A stretch of 64,000 nucleotides of DNA, taken from Pocillopora damicornis (taxonomy: Eukaryota). Both the position numbers and the translations under genes were made by a program. Of this stretch, positions 10,749 through 43,578 are shown piece by piece (position 1 is the first letter of the stretch; each line of letters starts with the position of its first letter). The notes under the pieces are model-generated. The model saw only the letters and a program-made list of their open reading frames with translations, ran no database searches and had not been told where the DNA came from. The stretch is taken from assembly GCF_003704095.1 (NCBI RefSeq), contig NW_020845861.1:372001-436000 (forward strand), given 5' to 3'.

Positions 10749-12700
10749 TATTCTTGATTCTACTTACTTTGCAAATAGGATGTGATATCTTTGATTAGTT
10801 CTCAACCAAAAAATTTAGGTATGGGGCTCTGGCAAGACTCTTTAAAATTTGTGATCAAGATTACTACTGAGGACCTAAAACATATCAAAAATTTGAGCTG
10901 TCTCTGATTAAGGAGTGTGTCTCAACTGGTGAGCACTACTTCCTCACATTAGGTGACATCCAGGAGAAAAGTTTTTACAGCATACCTCCCACTTGTTTGA
11001 CAGTTAGCTTAGGAGTAAATTATGAAAAACTGGAGAAGGGCACTCTGATAAGTTCGGTGCATGTTGTGTAAAAAGTTATGAGCCACCGGTAATTTTTGCA
11101 TGAGGATCAGTTGNNNNNNNNNNNNNNNNNNNNNNNNNNNNNNNNNNNNNNNNNNNNNNNNNNNNNNNNNNNNNNNNNNNNNNNNNNNNNNNNNNNNNNN
11201 NNNNNNNNNNNNNTAGATATATTGTGTTTTCACCTTTTGTTTTGAGTTGAACGTGTAATTTTTTGGTAATTTGGGCCCACGCATGCAGATGTTACAATAT
11301 TTCGTAAGTTCTTTAGAATGAGCATATTAGCTTAGAATTTGAATAACACATAATTGCTTTTTCTGAATATTTCTCTTTGAATACCGTCAAAANNNNNNNN
11401 NNNNNNNNNNNNNNNNNNNNNNNNNNNNNNNNNNNNNNNNNNNNNNNNNNNNNNNNNNNNNNNNNNNNNNNNNNNNNNNNNNNNNNNNNNNNNNNNNNNN
11501 NNNNNNNNNNNNNNNNNNNNNNNNNNNNNNNNNNNNATGCGCTGGAGAAATCTGCTGTTTACGAATTCTCACCCACGAAATTTATTTTAGTCAAATGCGA
11601 TTAATGACATTTTCATTTAAATACATTTTTTAAGAGTTGTTTTGAANNNNNNNNNNNNNNNNNNNNNNNNNNNNNNNNNNNNNNNNNNNNNNNNNNNNNN
11701 NNNNNNNNNNNNNNNNNNNNNNNNNNNNNNNNNNNNNNNNNNNNNNNNNNNNNNNNNNNNNNNNNNNNNNNNNNNNNNNNNNNNNNNNNNNNNNNNNNNN
11801 NNNNNNNNNNNNNNNNNNNNNNNNNNNNNNNNNNNNNNNNNNNNNNNNNNNNNNNNNNNNNNNNNNNNNNNNNNNNNNNNNNNNNNNNNNNNNNNNNNNN
11901 NNNNNNNNNNNNNNNNNNNNNNNNNNNNNNNNNNNNNNNNNNNNNNNNNNNNNNNNNNNNNNNNNNNNNNNNNNNNNNNNNNNNNNNNNNNNNNNNNNNN
12001 NNNNNNNNNNNNNNNNNNNNNNNNNNNNNNNNTCTCAGCGAATTTTTAAGCGTGAGAAGAATATACAAAAAAATTCGGAATTATGTAAACACGCACAGTG
12101 TTTCAATGAAATTTTTCCTAAACTAGCTGTCATAGGTGTTTAAAGATCCCAAGACTTGCAAATTATACTTAGTTATATTAAAAACAAAATTGGATGTTAT
12201 GATAAACTGTGAGGAAAAAATGTANNNNNNNNNNNNNNNNNNNNNNNNNNNNNNNNNNNNNNNNNNNNNNNNNNNNNNNNNNNNNNNNNNNNNNNNNNNN
12301 NNNNNNNNNNNNNNNNNNNNNNNNNNNNNNNNNNNNNNNNNNNNNNNNNNNNNNNNNNNNNNNNNNNNNNNNNNNNNNNNNNNNNNNNNNNNNNNNNNNN
12401 NNNNNNNNNNNNNNNNNNNNNNNNNNNNNNNNNNNNNATTTTGATTCTGGTATTGTTTAGTTTAATACAAGCATCAAATTCAAAGAACACGGGGTGATTA
12501 CGTGGAAATTGTTTGTTGCCGCCGTATCATCGTGTTGGTAACTTGCGACACCCTTTAGTGAACTGATGATGATTGANNNNNNNNNNNNNNNNNNNNNNNN
12601 NNNNNNNNNNNNNNNNNNNNNNNNNNNNNNNNNNNNNNNNNNNNNNNNNNNNNNNNNNNNNNNNNNNNNNNNNNNNTAAATGATTTTTCTGTACATATAG

Positions 12701-15700
12701 ATGCTAAGATATCGCAGCATCAGGAAACTGACTCTACTTGACTCAGGAGAATTGCCATTCTTCCAACCACAAAGTGTAGAGGTTAGGGATAAAACCTGGA
12801 GGGTGGCACCTGTACCTTCCAGGTTGCAGTGCAGAGCGGTTGATATTGGAGACATCTCCCCTGCTGATACAGAAATGTTCATGAAGGCTTTAAATTCACC
12901 AGCTTGTGGCATTCAGGTAAACTGCTAAGTGATTTGCCTCAATCTATTTAATCCTTTCTCTCCCAGGTCTTATTAGTAATTCTCCTTACTGTCTGCCACA
13001 CAATTCTTATCATGTCAGTTCTGAGAATTTGGTACAAGATAAAGTGGTAATCCCCAATCTCTAATCTCATCTCTTTTGTTCTTGATAACCTATTGTGCTA
13101 ATATGGTAAGGAGAAATTTTGTCTTGTTCCTTCATGGAAGTTAATGGGTTAACAAATGATGAAAGTAGGGAAACTTGATTAGGAGTGAAGAAAAAGAATT
13201 TATAGAGAGGCTAAAAAATTATAATGGATGGGAAAAGAAGGAAAATGTGGAGAAAGAAAATGAATGAAGAAGAAGAAAAGGAGGAATAAAGGGGATAAAG
13301 AACAGATGGGGGAAAAAATAAGTGAAGAAGGATAAGAAATGGAAGAATGACAAGGAAGTGTGAAGTACTGAGACAGAAGAAGGTTGGATTCAAATTAAAT
13401 CTCCAGCTGAAGGGAAAGTATGAAGATACATGAAGTAAGTTTTTAAGAATGGAGCAAGCTTCCAACATTATATTTGATAAATGTATGAATGAGTAGGTAT
13501 TACTGCTAAATGAAGGGAACCCTGAAACCACTGCTCTCTTTGAACAGATAACTTATTAGTCTTTTTATTTCTTGTAGACTGATCTTGATGATGGCCATTG
13601 TCCCTCTTGGTCAAATCAGTTAAGAGGCCTTTATAACATCTACCAGTTTGTACGTGGTAACCTTAGGGGTTAGTTCTTACCTGTAGCTAATGTGCTTCAT
13701 AATGCTTATGTTTCAGCTGTCTCTAATATTTTGTATTTCTGTGTGATGTATGTCAGAAGTCTCAGTTATCCAATATAATTGTTTTTAAATGAAGTGGTTA
13801 GTGATATGATCAGTTTCTACATATGGGATTTAGATGATTTTACCCTTTGTTTGTGAAATTATTGAAATTTTTAAACAGGTGTTCCAGTGATGTCTGATGC
13901 TCCAGTAATCATGTTTCGACCAAGAGCATGGAACATGTTTGAATTTAATATGATGGTAAGGGCTACTGCCTTGTGTACAATTTAATAATGTGTGTGCTCT
14001 GAGGCTCTGAGTCAATCATAAGATGGTGAAGATAGCAACCTCTGGAGAAAATTGATTTTGGATTGCATTCCAACCCCTTGTCAAATTTGTTCTTTGACTT
14101 CCTTATTTAAGTCTGCTGCTAATTGTAGTTGCTTAAATGGATGTGCATAATCCAAAATCTTGAAAGAGGACAAAATTTTTATGATGCTTTGGTAAACAAA
14201 AACAGAAAAAACATCTGAATTTACTTTAGCTGGGAGATTTAGTCACCTTCCAAGGACTAATATTTACTGGCTTTGCTTTGAATCAGGGAATGTGGGGAAA
14301 AAACACTGTATATGGGTTACCTTGAACAGTCTTTATGTCCTAACATCAGTATGCAAGTTCTCCATACTGTTCTCTATACATTTCCTATGGTACTCATAAT
14401 GAGGATTTGTCTAACCAAGAATTTCTCGAGTTTGGGATCATTTCCTGTACTCTTGTGACCTAAATGTGTGATTCAAGTGTGATACTGTTGGGAGAAACTA
14501 CTTGCTTATCACTCTTAGGGGTTAAAAGGCTGAAAGACTTCTGCTTCAAGGAAAACATTCCATCCTTGTGCCCCTCTACTATTTTGAGTTCCACTTTTTA
14601 ATGCAAGGTGTGTTGGAGTGTATTCACTCAATTTGGGAATGAAAAACAATAATTAATAGCTACTATTAATTATTCTTTGTAGGTTGGAGGAAAGGTGGTG
14701 CCGGGTCCATTGTTTGATTTTGGTCTTCACATGTTCCACAACAGCAAACTTATGATGAAAGATGGGAACGGTCCTTTCTTTTACTTACCAAAGGTGATCT
14801 GCCGTGTCTTTGTGATTGAGAACCCACTCTGTAATGAGCACCTTCCCCTGTGATACTTGGTGAACCTGTGTTTCAATACATCTAATAAGCACCTCCTTCC
14901 GCACCCCCCCTCCCCCCTCTCGTTGTTTTCATTAAAAAGTATTGATACAGGATAAAACTGCTTTTGTTGTCACTGTTATTTTCATTTTATAATGGCATTG
15001 TGACGTGTAAGAGAGTAGTTTCGTTTTTGTCAAGTCATCCCCAGTATCTTTCATGGACTATGGCGTCAATTTATGGTCATTTAAATAATAATACAGTTAC
15101 AGTTTGCTGATGAAAGAATAAAAGGATTCGATCAACGTTTCAACATCCTGGGTGCCATCCAGTTCAGCTCATGGAATGATTCATTTTTTTAAGTCAACAA
15201 GTGCCCTTCTCGAAAATATCCCCATGCCATTCCTTAAGTGATAGATTGTGCAAGTAGTTGTTTAGGTTTTGCTCACTGCCCATTAACTAGTCTGCTCTAG
15301 ACGTTCGGGTGGTAAAGCGGAGTAAAATACTGAATGGCGCGATCGTAGCAACGGAGTGAGAAACCAAGAGAAGTTTGAGACCGGCCGTGACCCGACCCAA
15401 ACCTCTCTCCTTCTTTTCCCTGCTCTACTATTGCGCACTACACTATTGCGCTTCGTTTTGCGAACTGAACGCCTGGAACAGGCTACCCAGCCAACACACT
15501 TGTGAATCAATGGGTACTTACCAGCACCAAGCTTTCAGAGTACTTACAGCCTTACCAGGTTTCTTGGAATTGGAAAAAAAGCCTTTCACTCGCTCCACTG
15601 TACGAAACTAGGGGAAGTATAGCTGCTGAACAAGTTAGCCGCTTGGCTCAACATTATATTTCTGACTTTTTAATTTTAGCTTGAAGGATCCAATGAAGTG

Positions 15701-18700
15701 AAGTTGTGGAATGACATCTTTGTTTGGACTCAACAAAGGGTAAGTCGTGAAAAAACTAGAGGCGTATCGTAATCTCCGTGTAGTCAGGCGCTCGTAAATG
15801 GAAGGTCTAAGCATTATTTTCAAACACTGTTTCACACCTGTTTCACGAGAAAATTTGCGTACGAGAATTGCATTTGCAAGGCCTGTGAAAAGTATATGAA
15901 TTAGAAGCATATGAAAATTATTATCCCTTCCATACACTGTTTTTACATGCTATTCAACTCGTTTTTCAAGCCTAATTGTGGCAACTCGGCCAGACGCCTG
16001 CGCGTAAGAGCCTTAACGGAGATTTGTGACTAAACACGAACGACCCCGAATTTACATGGCCTCTTGGGGGAGGGCTTGAGTTAACAAACAAACTAACAAA
16101 CAAAAGAGGACAGAGGAAAATGAAATACGTACCCAGGGAATGTCGTTTATAATGCTCTGTATTCAGTTACATGCACTCTGTACCAAGCAGTACCATTTGA
16201 TATGCCAATTTTTGTTAATTCGATGACCAAACATCGAGCTCAAAATTTACTCCTTTGTTACATGGAACTCTTTCAACATTAGTGATAGTAGGAGTAACTG
16301 TATACAAGATGCTTTTGAGGTCATTTGAGATAAGAATATAAATGATCTAACTCAACAGCGCGGTCCCAAGCTCAGTTGATGGTGCATGCAATTTAGAAAT
16401 CGGAGTTAGTGTGTTTGAATCCTTTCGTTTTCAGTTGTTCACCGCTCGTTACAAAGTTTAAAAATCATTTTTTAAAAAAACCAACGTGTTTCTGTCTTTA
16501 TGTGTTGGTTTGTTCTTCTGATTTTCAGCTCGGATTACCGCAAGGATCTATCAAGGCCAGTGTTCTGATAGAGAGTATCTTTTGTTCATTTGAACTTGAT
16601 CAAATCCTGTTTGAGCTGCGGCATCACTCCGCTGGTCTGAACTGTGGCATGTGGGATTACTCCGCTTCTTTAATTAGCAACTTTGGTAAGTGAAAAAGTA
16701 GTAGCTAATGTCCTTTTTTACCTTTTCACCTTGACATCAGTATGCATATTCTCCATACTGTTCTCTGTGCATTTCCTAAGGTTCTGACAAGGAGAATTTG
16801 TTTAACAATCGAGAGTTTCTTTAGTTGATGATCATTTCCTTCATTCTTGTGACCCTCGTGTTTGATTTAGGCGTCATACTGTAAGGAGAAATTAGATACT
16901 GGTCATTGTTAGCGATTAATAACCGCGACTCAACTTCTCAACTCTTTTAGTCCATTTTAAAGTATCTCATTTACCATGTTTACAATCAGTGTTAGAATTT
17001 CCCTCCTTAACCATCAAGTCGTTTTATGCAGTTGGACGGACAATTAAATTTTGGTTTAGCTATTTCTGCGCTATGTTATACAGGCACTTGTTTATGAAGC
17101 TGGGTAAAACATTGTCGTTTCAGGACACAGGGCCGATTTCATTTTGCCTGATCGTAAGAAGTACGTATCTATGGACAAGCAGTACCTTAAAAGTTACATG
17201 CAGCTGGTTATTAAGGTACATTACATTGCAATAAATGCCTTAAATTATTAAAGTAATAACGGCCTGTCCATTGATTGAAAAAACAATACCATGTGCTTAG
17301 TATGCGCTCGTGCGTATTTTCCTACTCACGTGTGTTATGCGTAGTACAGGATGCGCGGTGCAATAATGAGGAATCACTTTAAAAAGAATTGTGATTCCTT
17401 TTCTTGTTGTCCAGACATGTCACGCACGAGGGTGTCACGCAACAGGGGGAATGGCGCCAGTTGTGTTACCGAAAGATAATCCGCATCTTCGACAGCAAAT
17501 CACTAATAAAGTCTGCAGGTAAGAATAGGAAATGAAAACAGATCCTTAGCTCTTTACATTTGTTTACGTAATGGTTCATGTCTAAAGTTCTCTCCAGAGA
17601 AATTCGGTGTAACTTTGTCTTGATGTTTTTTTGTTTAGAGCAAAACTGAACGAAATCAAAGCAGGAGCGGATGGATTTTTAGTGTTTGATCCTGATCTTG
17701 TGCAGCCTTTGATTCAGGTCAGTAATTTAGTGTGCAATTAAGTCACGTCGACTTTTATTGTTATTTTTTGTTGAGAAGAGTTTGTGAATTTTTTTTATAA
17801 AGAAGCCATTTAAGTGAGCTTGGCGGATGAGTAAGAACAAGGGGATATGCCAATTAACTTTGTTTCTTGTCAACCAATGTTATTTTCAGATGTGGAAGAC
17901 AGAGGTAAATTCCAAGAACCAGCTTCATGTAAGCCGTTCTGAACTGATGGTCTCTAGAAACGACCTTCTACAACTACCAAGGGTGAGAATACTGCTTGAA
18001 CGCGATAATTTATGAAGGCGCTCGAAGTTTTCATTTTAACTTATAGCTTTGTACATTTTTAGGGTGGATTCACCTTACAAGGATTACAGGATAACATTAC
18101 TGTCGGAATCCTGTTCATAGATGCTTGGTCAAGAGGTTTGTGTCTGGTCGTTGCATATCAGAATATTTTAGGCAATTGTATGCAAGGCAAAGCAAACTTC
18201 AGCTGAAAGACGGCTGCAGAATATTAGTTTGGTAAAGTAGAAAAATGTAACAGAATCTGTGATAAATCAAAAGGAAGCGTGGATTGATGAGGATTGAGGA
18301 GATGGAAGCGGATTACAATTCGTTTTGTAGCAGCGTAACCCGTTATACCCTAATATGGATATCCATATTCTCCATACTGTGCTCTACAAAATTTCTATGG
18401 TGCGAACGCGGAGAATTTGTTCATCTATCAAGAGCTCTAGTTGGCGATCATTACCTTCATTCTCGCGACTTTAATATTTGATTCCGCAGGGATACTGTAA
18501 GGAGAAATTAGATGCCAATCACTCGTAGGGGCCAAAGGGTTTAAAAACAGATTTTGAGATAAGTTGTACGGCTTATTGCATATTCAGTATAATGGCCCTC
18601 ACTCCGGATTAGAGTGCTTTAATGCTAATTATCATTGTTATTAAATATCAATTAATCAATGTAATCAGTTATCAATCTCAATTATCAATGTCCATTTCTC

Positions 18701-19202
18701 TGTCTTACTGCACGCACGCTCGTTCGCATTAACTTTTGTATGTTGCTCATTTATTCGTACCCAGGCCAGGGTGTGTTTGTGCTCAATGGAGCTGTAGAAG
18801 ACTCGGCCACAGCCGAAATTTCAAGGTCACAGGTAAGGTGGACACTGTTTTAGACACTACATACACAAGGGGATGATACACTTAAAGTTGTCTGAAAAAT
18901 GATCATGACAAATTTCTTAGCATATACTTCCTCCGTGTTACTTTCAGATTTGGCAGGCAATTCGCCATCGGTGCAAACTGGAAGGAGATGGCCTCATAGT
19001 GACTAAAGCCCTCGTTTGTGGTGAAATTAAACGTATCACAGACGAGCTTGTCAGCCAGAAATCTTACAACTCTGTTGATACAGAAAGACTTACGATGTCT
19101 GCTAAGATATTAGAGGAGCTCGTATTGAAGCGAGACTTCCCTCAGTTTATAACCACATACCTCTATGAACATCAAGCGTTTAGGAACAGCTTGCAATTAT
19201 AA
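12701..19202 (+). CDS. Malate synthase (glyoxylate cycle). 13 confident exons: 12701-12916, 13578-13668, 13879-13955, 14683-14793, 15680-15739, 16529-16685, 17124-17215, 17415-17518, 17639-17717, 17890-17982, 18063-18135, 18765-18832, 18949-19202. N-terminal exon(s) uncertain; candidates are 10250-10255 and 10779-10818, and others may lie in gaps
   Basis: GT-AG phase-consistent splicing gives DLDDGHCPSW, MFRPRAWN (catalytic Arg), PGPLFDFGL, GPFFYLPKLEG, SVLIES, GLNCGMWDY (Mg ligands), ATGGMA and VEDSATAEISRSQIWQ (catalytic Asp). Confidence 0.93.
12948..13152. mobile_element. TTAA-flanked ~200-bp MITE family A (piggyBac-like ends); other copies at ~19748-19950, 29960-30171, 30564-30775, 35170-35379
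   Basis: Shared core ...ttagtaattctccttactgtctgcc...gagaaattctgtcttggtcactc... with ends ttaaccc...gggttaa. Confidence 0.8.
14325..14533. mobile_element. TTAA-flanked ~200-bp MITE family B; other copies at ~16715-16920, 18335-18544, 22425-22626 (reverse), 22893-23090 (reverse), 26213-26426, 30369-30567, 38568-38778
   Basis: Shared core aacatcagtatgcatattctccatactg...gatcatttcc...ggagaaattagatg...cactcttagggg. The best copies end ttaaccc/gggttaa. Confidence 0.8.
15288..15485. mobile_element. MITE-like element in a malate synthase intron
   Basis: Termini tagtctgctctagacgttc and gaacgcctggaacaggcta are inverted repeats (15/19 match). Confidence 0.55.
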
Positions 19203-21627
19203 GCAGTGAATTAAAGGCAACTGAAGACTGAAAAACGGCTCATTTCTTACGGTGGGCTGCAACGACGCAGGTTATTAAGATGAAAGGCCCAGATCCGGTT
19301 GTTGGAAAGGCGGTGACTGGGAAAAAAAAATGACACAAAAGAAAAATCCGTGGGAATTGAGAGAATGGGGGCCGAAACTCTCCCTTCCCTTGGTTTCAAA
19401 CAGAACGGAAGCGAGTTATCAAGCAGTGAGTTTTTTTTCATTCTGCCGTGCCTTTTAATAGAGTATTATTTAATAATATACTATTTATGGATTTAATGAT
19501 ATTGTTTTACTTTGAGAAATTTAACAAAGAGCAACTATTATGAAGATTAAAGATGTTATGGTATTGGTTTGTATTAATATTTCCGAGGTCTTGTGAGAAT
19601 CCCTCTTTTGCATAGGACGCACGACTTCGGGCCGTAAATCTCTCTTAGGACCGTCATTACGGCGCCTTTATGGGGTTAAAAATTGAGTGAAATATTTTGC
19701 ATGGCGAATTACCCTACCACACTTGCGCGAGTAGTTTGCGTTTTTGGTTGACCCTTCCATTCTCAAGATGTCACCAGTAATTCTCCTTACTCTGTTATAC
19801 AATTCTTATGATGCTAGTTCGTAGAATTTGGTATTGGATGATGATAATAGCATGACTTATATGTCTTTATTTTCATCACTTTGTCTGCTTGATATTGTAT
19901 TGATATAGCAGAGAGAAATTCTGTCTTCGTCACTCGTGGGAGTTAAGAAACGTTTCTCTCGGAATGATAAACATTATGTGGGTATGTTTAGAATTTCATC
20001 TCCTTCAAATTTATTTTACACAGTCGATTTAAAGTTAAATTCAATCTGGTCAGGAATACCCAATGAAAACGGACTCTTCTATTTTCCTCAAAGGAAGGGA
20101 AATTCAATGATCATTTCGCGTCGATTGATGTCAGTTGTTGTTGCCCGATCAATGACCATCTGCGCGGAATTCAAACTACTTATTTGTGAGTGTTTTACGA
20201 AGGGGCATCTCGTTGTAACAGCTTTTTTAGATCACTTTTACCTCAAGAGTTCAGTATTTTCATAAACGGGACATCTGTCTTCTAACGTCCGTCGTATATT
20301 ACCTAGTCCAACTCTGAAGGAGATACCGATCTCATTCAAATATGGGTCTGTTAAGCTCTCTCTCCTATAAAATGTTTTCTACTGAACACCCTTCTCCTCC
20401 TCTCTTCACACACTCGTCATCTGTCACAGTTTCGTAATAAGTTCATTACCACAAAGCATTGCTTGAGTTTTGTCCAAGAAATCATCGTTTTATTGATTGA
20501 TCGAGATAAGAACGCGCTGTGTGGGTGAACATTAATTGTTATGTTCAAGTGTAATCTTCAGTTCTCTTCCGAGTCGCGCCAAAAACCTATGCAACTCGGG
20601 GATATTCATGTTAACTCGCGTCGAAAGTCATCAAAATAGGTCAATCCTCACTCTCCAATCAAAGAAAACCAATCAGATTAGAAAGTTTGGATCACATTTG
20701 ACGCGACTTGCGTCCGTTTCAAAAGCCAATCCATTCGTGAGCCCGAGTCAAATTCGTATAGGGCCAACCGAAATTATTAAAAGGACGCATTTTTGATCCT
20801 GAGGTTGAACGTGTCTCTAACAAAGTTCCAGGATATTTAGTGGTTTGAGAAAAGTGCCTTTTTTCTGGCTCTACTTAGCTAAGGAAGTCAGCGAAAATGG
20901 CTCTGTCATTTCCTATGGAAATAGCCGTTCTTAATTAAGACAAACGAACATAACTATACTCCAAATTCCAGTTATACGTTTCAGCTCATAAAATCTTTGG
21001 CGTTTGAAGTAGACCTTAAATGGAAATGTTTAACAATATTTTCTTTAGGCTTGGCGAAACTAATTCCATCGTGAATTGTTCGTTTATTTTTAAAAATAAG
21101 CTGCGTTGTGATTCAAATGGTGATAAGTAATTTTTTGGAATATCTCAAAGAGCTCTCGTCTCCTTCGTAGCCGTTCACAAGATGTCAAACAAAGTTTTCT
21201 GGCATATTAAAGAAAAGCTACGAAGGAGGCTTATGGGAACAATGTTTGGATTTTTTACAATTTAACTTCAGCTTTCAGCGTCAAAATCTAAGTTGAACTC
21301 GGTTCCTGGTTAATCGTTTCTGCATGGGACAAGAGTCAAGGTGTAACACCTCGCGAGAATTTAGTACAATGTTTGTTGCAATCATTTGTTGGAGCAGCTC
21401 CTCCAAGTCCTAAGAACACTTTCGACCACTTTTTCTCTGAGTAGCCCGTTTCTACCCAACGAAGTGGTTTTCATATTTTGCAGCATTCTTTCACCAAAAT
21501 ACTTAAAATTCTCTGAACAAAGTACATCATGGACTTTTCATCTTCCATTCTCCACACATTTAAAAGGCCGTTGGGCGTGTCTGCATAAAATGGCAGTTTA
21601 AATTGCTCAGGTGTTTCGTCATTCAAC

Positions 21628-33860
<12,233 letters not shown>

Positions 33861-34241
33861 GATGGTGGACTACTCAAGGACAGGCCTCTACCACCGAAAG
33901 GTCAGATTTGCTGGCCGGCCTCGTGGAACGAACCAAAATGGCGACTGCATCGATGGCTGATTTATTACCCGTAGTGCTTCGGGACACTGAGCAAGTCGAT
34001 TGATTGAGTGACCAAGCCTGCTCTACGGTTAAGTCTTGAGATCTACACAAACATGCATCAGGGGTTATTTTTCCCGTAACTTTATCCGTCAGAAAAAGAG
34101 TAATTCTACTTCTTAGCTGTAGGATAGTATAGCGTTTTCTCTTTACCGTTATTTTAAATATTTCAAAGTCGCCTTTTGAAAATAACCTTTGTCCTCGACC
34201 CAGTTTTCCACCCACTACGAACAGCCACGTTCATAAGCAAG
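33861..34241. promoter_or_regulatory. Probable bidirectional promoter between the divergent NAA15 and RNF121 genes
   Basis: The start codons at 33860(-) and 34242(+) are only 381 bp apart. A YY1-like AAAATGGCG lies at ~33935. Confidence 0.6.
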
Positions 34242-41342
<7,101 letters not shown>

Positions 41343-43347
41343 CTACGGCTGCTGTTTCTTCAAAGAATGATTTAATCTACCAAAAACTCGCATAAATTTA
41401 TCGTCAAACAAAGTTTTATTTGCCCAAATTCAAACAGCAATTGGAAGAAATGCCCAGATATTTGTTCAGTACTTTATTATATCAAGAGATTTTTTTTTAA
41501 TTGTTAAAAGTATGGTTCCGTTCGTAGTTTGGTTTTCGAATTGGAACATGTATTTATCGCACCAAACAAAACGTCGTATTTTTTCGTTCAAAAATAGTAT
41601 GAAGAGTTATTTTCAAAGTTTTGCTATTAACTTGTCCCTCGGTTTCATCGCAGAGCGTGCGTTTTGATGGTACTTTCATGTATGACCTTAAAATACTTAC
41701 CGATTTTTACGCTAACAGCTTCGATTTCTTCGTAGGAGAGCATTTTAAAAGTGTTTTTGCTCTGGAAGTAGCGAATATTTTCTAAGACCTACCACGGTTG
41801 GAGTTTGATTATAAATAACCGCATGGGTCACTGTTTTGTTCCGAGCTGGTTTCTGAAAGTGCCAGTCACTTTTGTCTTAAACTATCGGTGTCACTATTTC
41901 TTTTCTGATTGGCCGGCTAAAAGCACACAGCTGTTCGTCTTTAGCGTGGTTTCGTTACGCAATTAGAGACCAAAGGTTTATTGCAAGTGGCGCACTCTAA
42001 GGCCGAATTACGTAAAAACAGTTTTCAATTCTTAGAGCTCAAAGGGATCGTTTGCTTTGAATTAATATTTTAAATAAAAGAGTGCTCAGCCTCTTTATTT
42101 CTAAATTTCAATCTGTCTTTCTTTGTTAGTTTTAATAAATTTCAACTTTGCCGTCTAACGATTACTTGAAATGTATTATTGTCAGTGATAATCTTAATTT
42201 TATCAGAATGTTTTTTTTTCTTTTTTTTTTAAAGGAAACTCTCATCCTTAACTCTCTGTCGGCGAAATAAAACGTTTTATCCAGCACAGTTGTTGCACGC
42301 GTACGAGAATCTTCTAGGCCTTGGTTTGTTTTACCTTTTTTTGCGGCTTTCGGAGAAGACACAGACCACGGCCTTTATGATTCTCAGAGTTATTCTGAAC
42401 CTTATCTATTCTTAATCCAACAAATACGTTTCCTGCCGTCTGAAAGTTCGAAAAAATAATTTTATGAGAATCGCAGTTGGTGGGCAAACTGTGCAACTGA
42501 CATCTCCGATTACATTTGGATTTGATGGTGCAACAAAAATCTTTTTTTTGATCAGCAGACATAATAATCTCGCATATTGATTTTCGTTTTTAGAGGAATT
42601 AAATACAGAATTTCTCGCAATAGTATCTATAAATAAATGAAAAATGAAGTTTTTGAAGGCATAGTATGTGAATAAGATAGAATAATTGGAAAACATTTTA
42701 TTAAAGGCACGCTGGAGTTCTAATGGAAAACAGAGTTGGAAAACCTGTCAAAATATTGCATATTGATCGACGGAACAAAGATAGCAGCTTTATATTAGAA
42801 GGGGGTTTTCGTGGAATAATAATAGTTAAGATGATCCTATTCTGCTTTTCTCTTGCACACCTTTTCCATCGCCATTACGTGAACACCGTTGCAATTAATT
42901 TTAGTGAAAACAAATTCTGATTGTGCTGAGTAGGTAGAGCAAAAAAAAACAATTTCCCTCCAAATGAAAATCAATTTCCTGCTAAGAGAGGAAATTGCGA
43001 TCTCTCCGTTTGAAGGCCGAGGTACTCAGTGAGAGAAATTACCAATTAGTCAACTTGAAAGGTTTGGTGGAGAAAACATCACTCTTTTGTCATTTACACG
43101 TTTGTTAAATGAAATAAAGTAACTGGCGCCGGGGGAGCGTAAGTTAATTCGAAGTGGAGGAGTGGTGTGAATGTCGACAAGCAGAACCTCCGTTTTCTTG
43201 ATTTTCATGGTAAATAAATGAATTATTTCGTCTGAAAGTCATGCCCAGCTCAATTACAGATTTTTAAAATGCAAACCTCTTTTCAGAAAAGGTAAAAAGC
43301 TTTCGGTATTTATATTAAAAAGAGAAAAAATTAAGAAACTTTCCTCT

Positions 43348-43363
43348 ATCCTCCTCCTCTTCC

Positions 43364-43399
<36 letters not shown>
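43348..43399. repeat. (CCT)n plus poly-C tract upstream of the GPCR; other homopolymers at ~24286-24306 (G) and ~39668-39688 (C)
   Basis: Direct reading of the sequence. Confidence 0.9.
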
Positions 43400-43578
43400 A
43401 CAACACTAACACATCCTTCTAGGGCTTTAAATAAAAACTTAAAAACATAGGCTTCGCAGCTGGCCGTCAGCAAAAAAGTTTATCTGATAAACTTATTCCG
43501 ACAAAGCATAAAGATAAGGAACGGAGGAAAACCTCTGTAGTTACGTGAGGTTGCCACAATACATTGCTATCTTCCTAA

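Noticed and set aside
11009-12490. ORFs composed mostly of X
   Set aside because: Artefacts of N gaps.
13211-13531. 106-aa hydrophobic ORF
   Set aside because: Antisense reading of a purine-rich low-complexity intron stretch.
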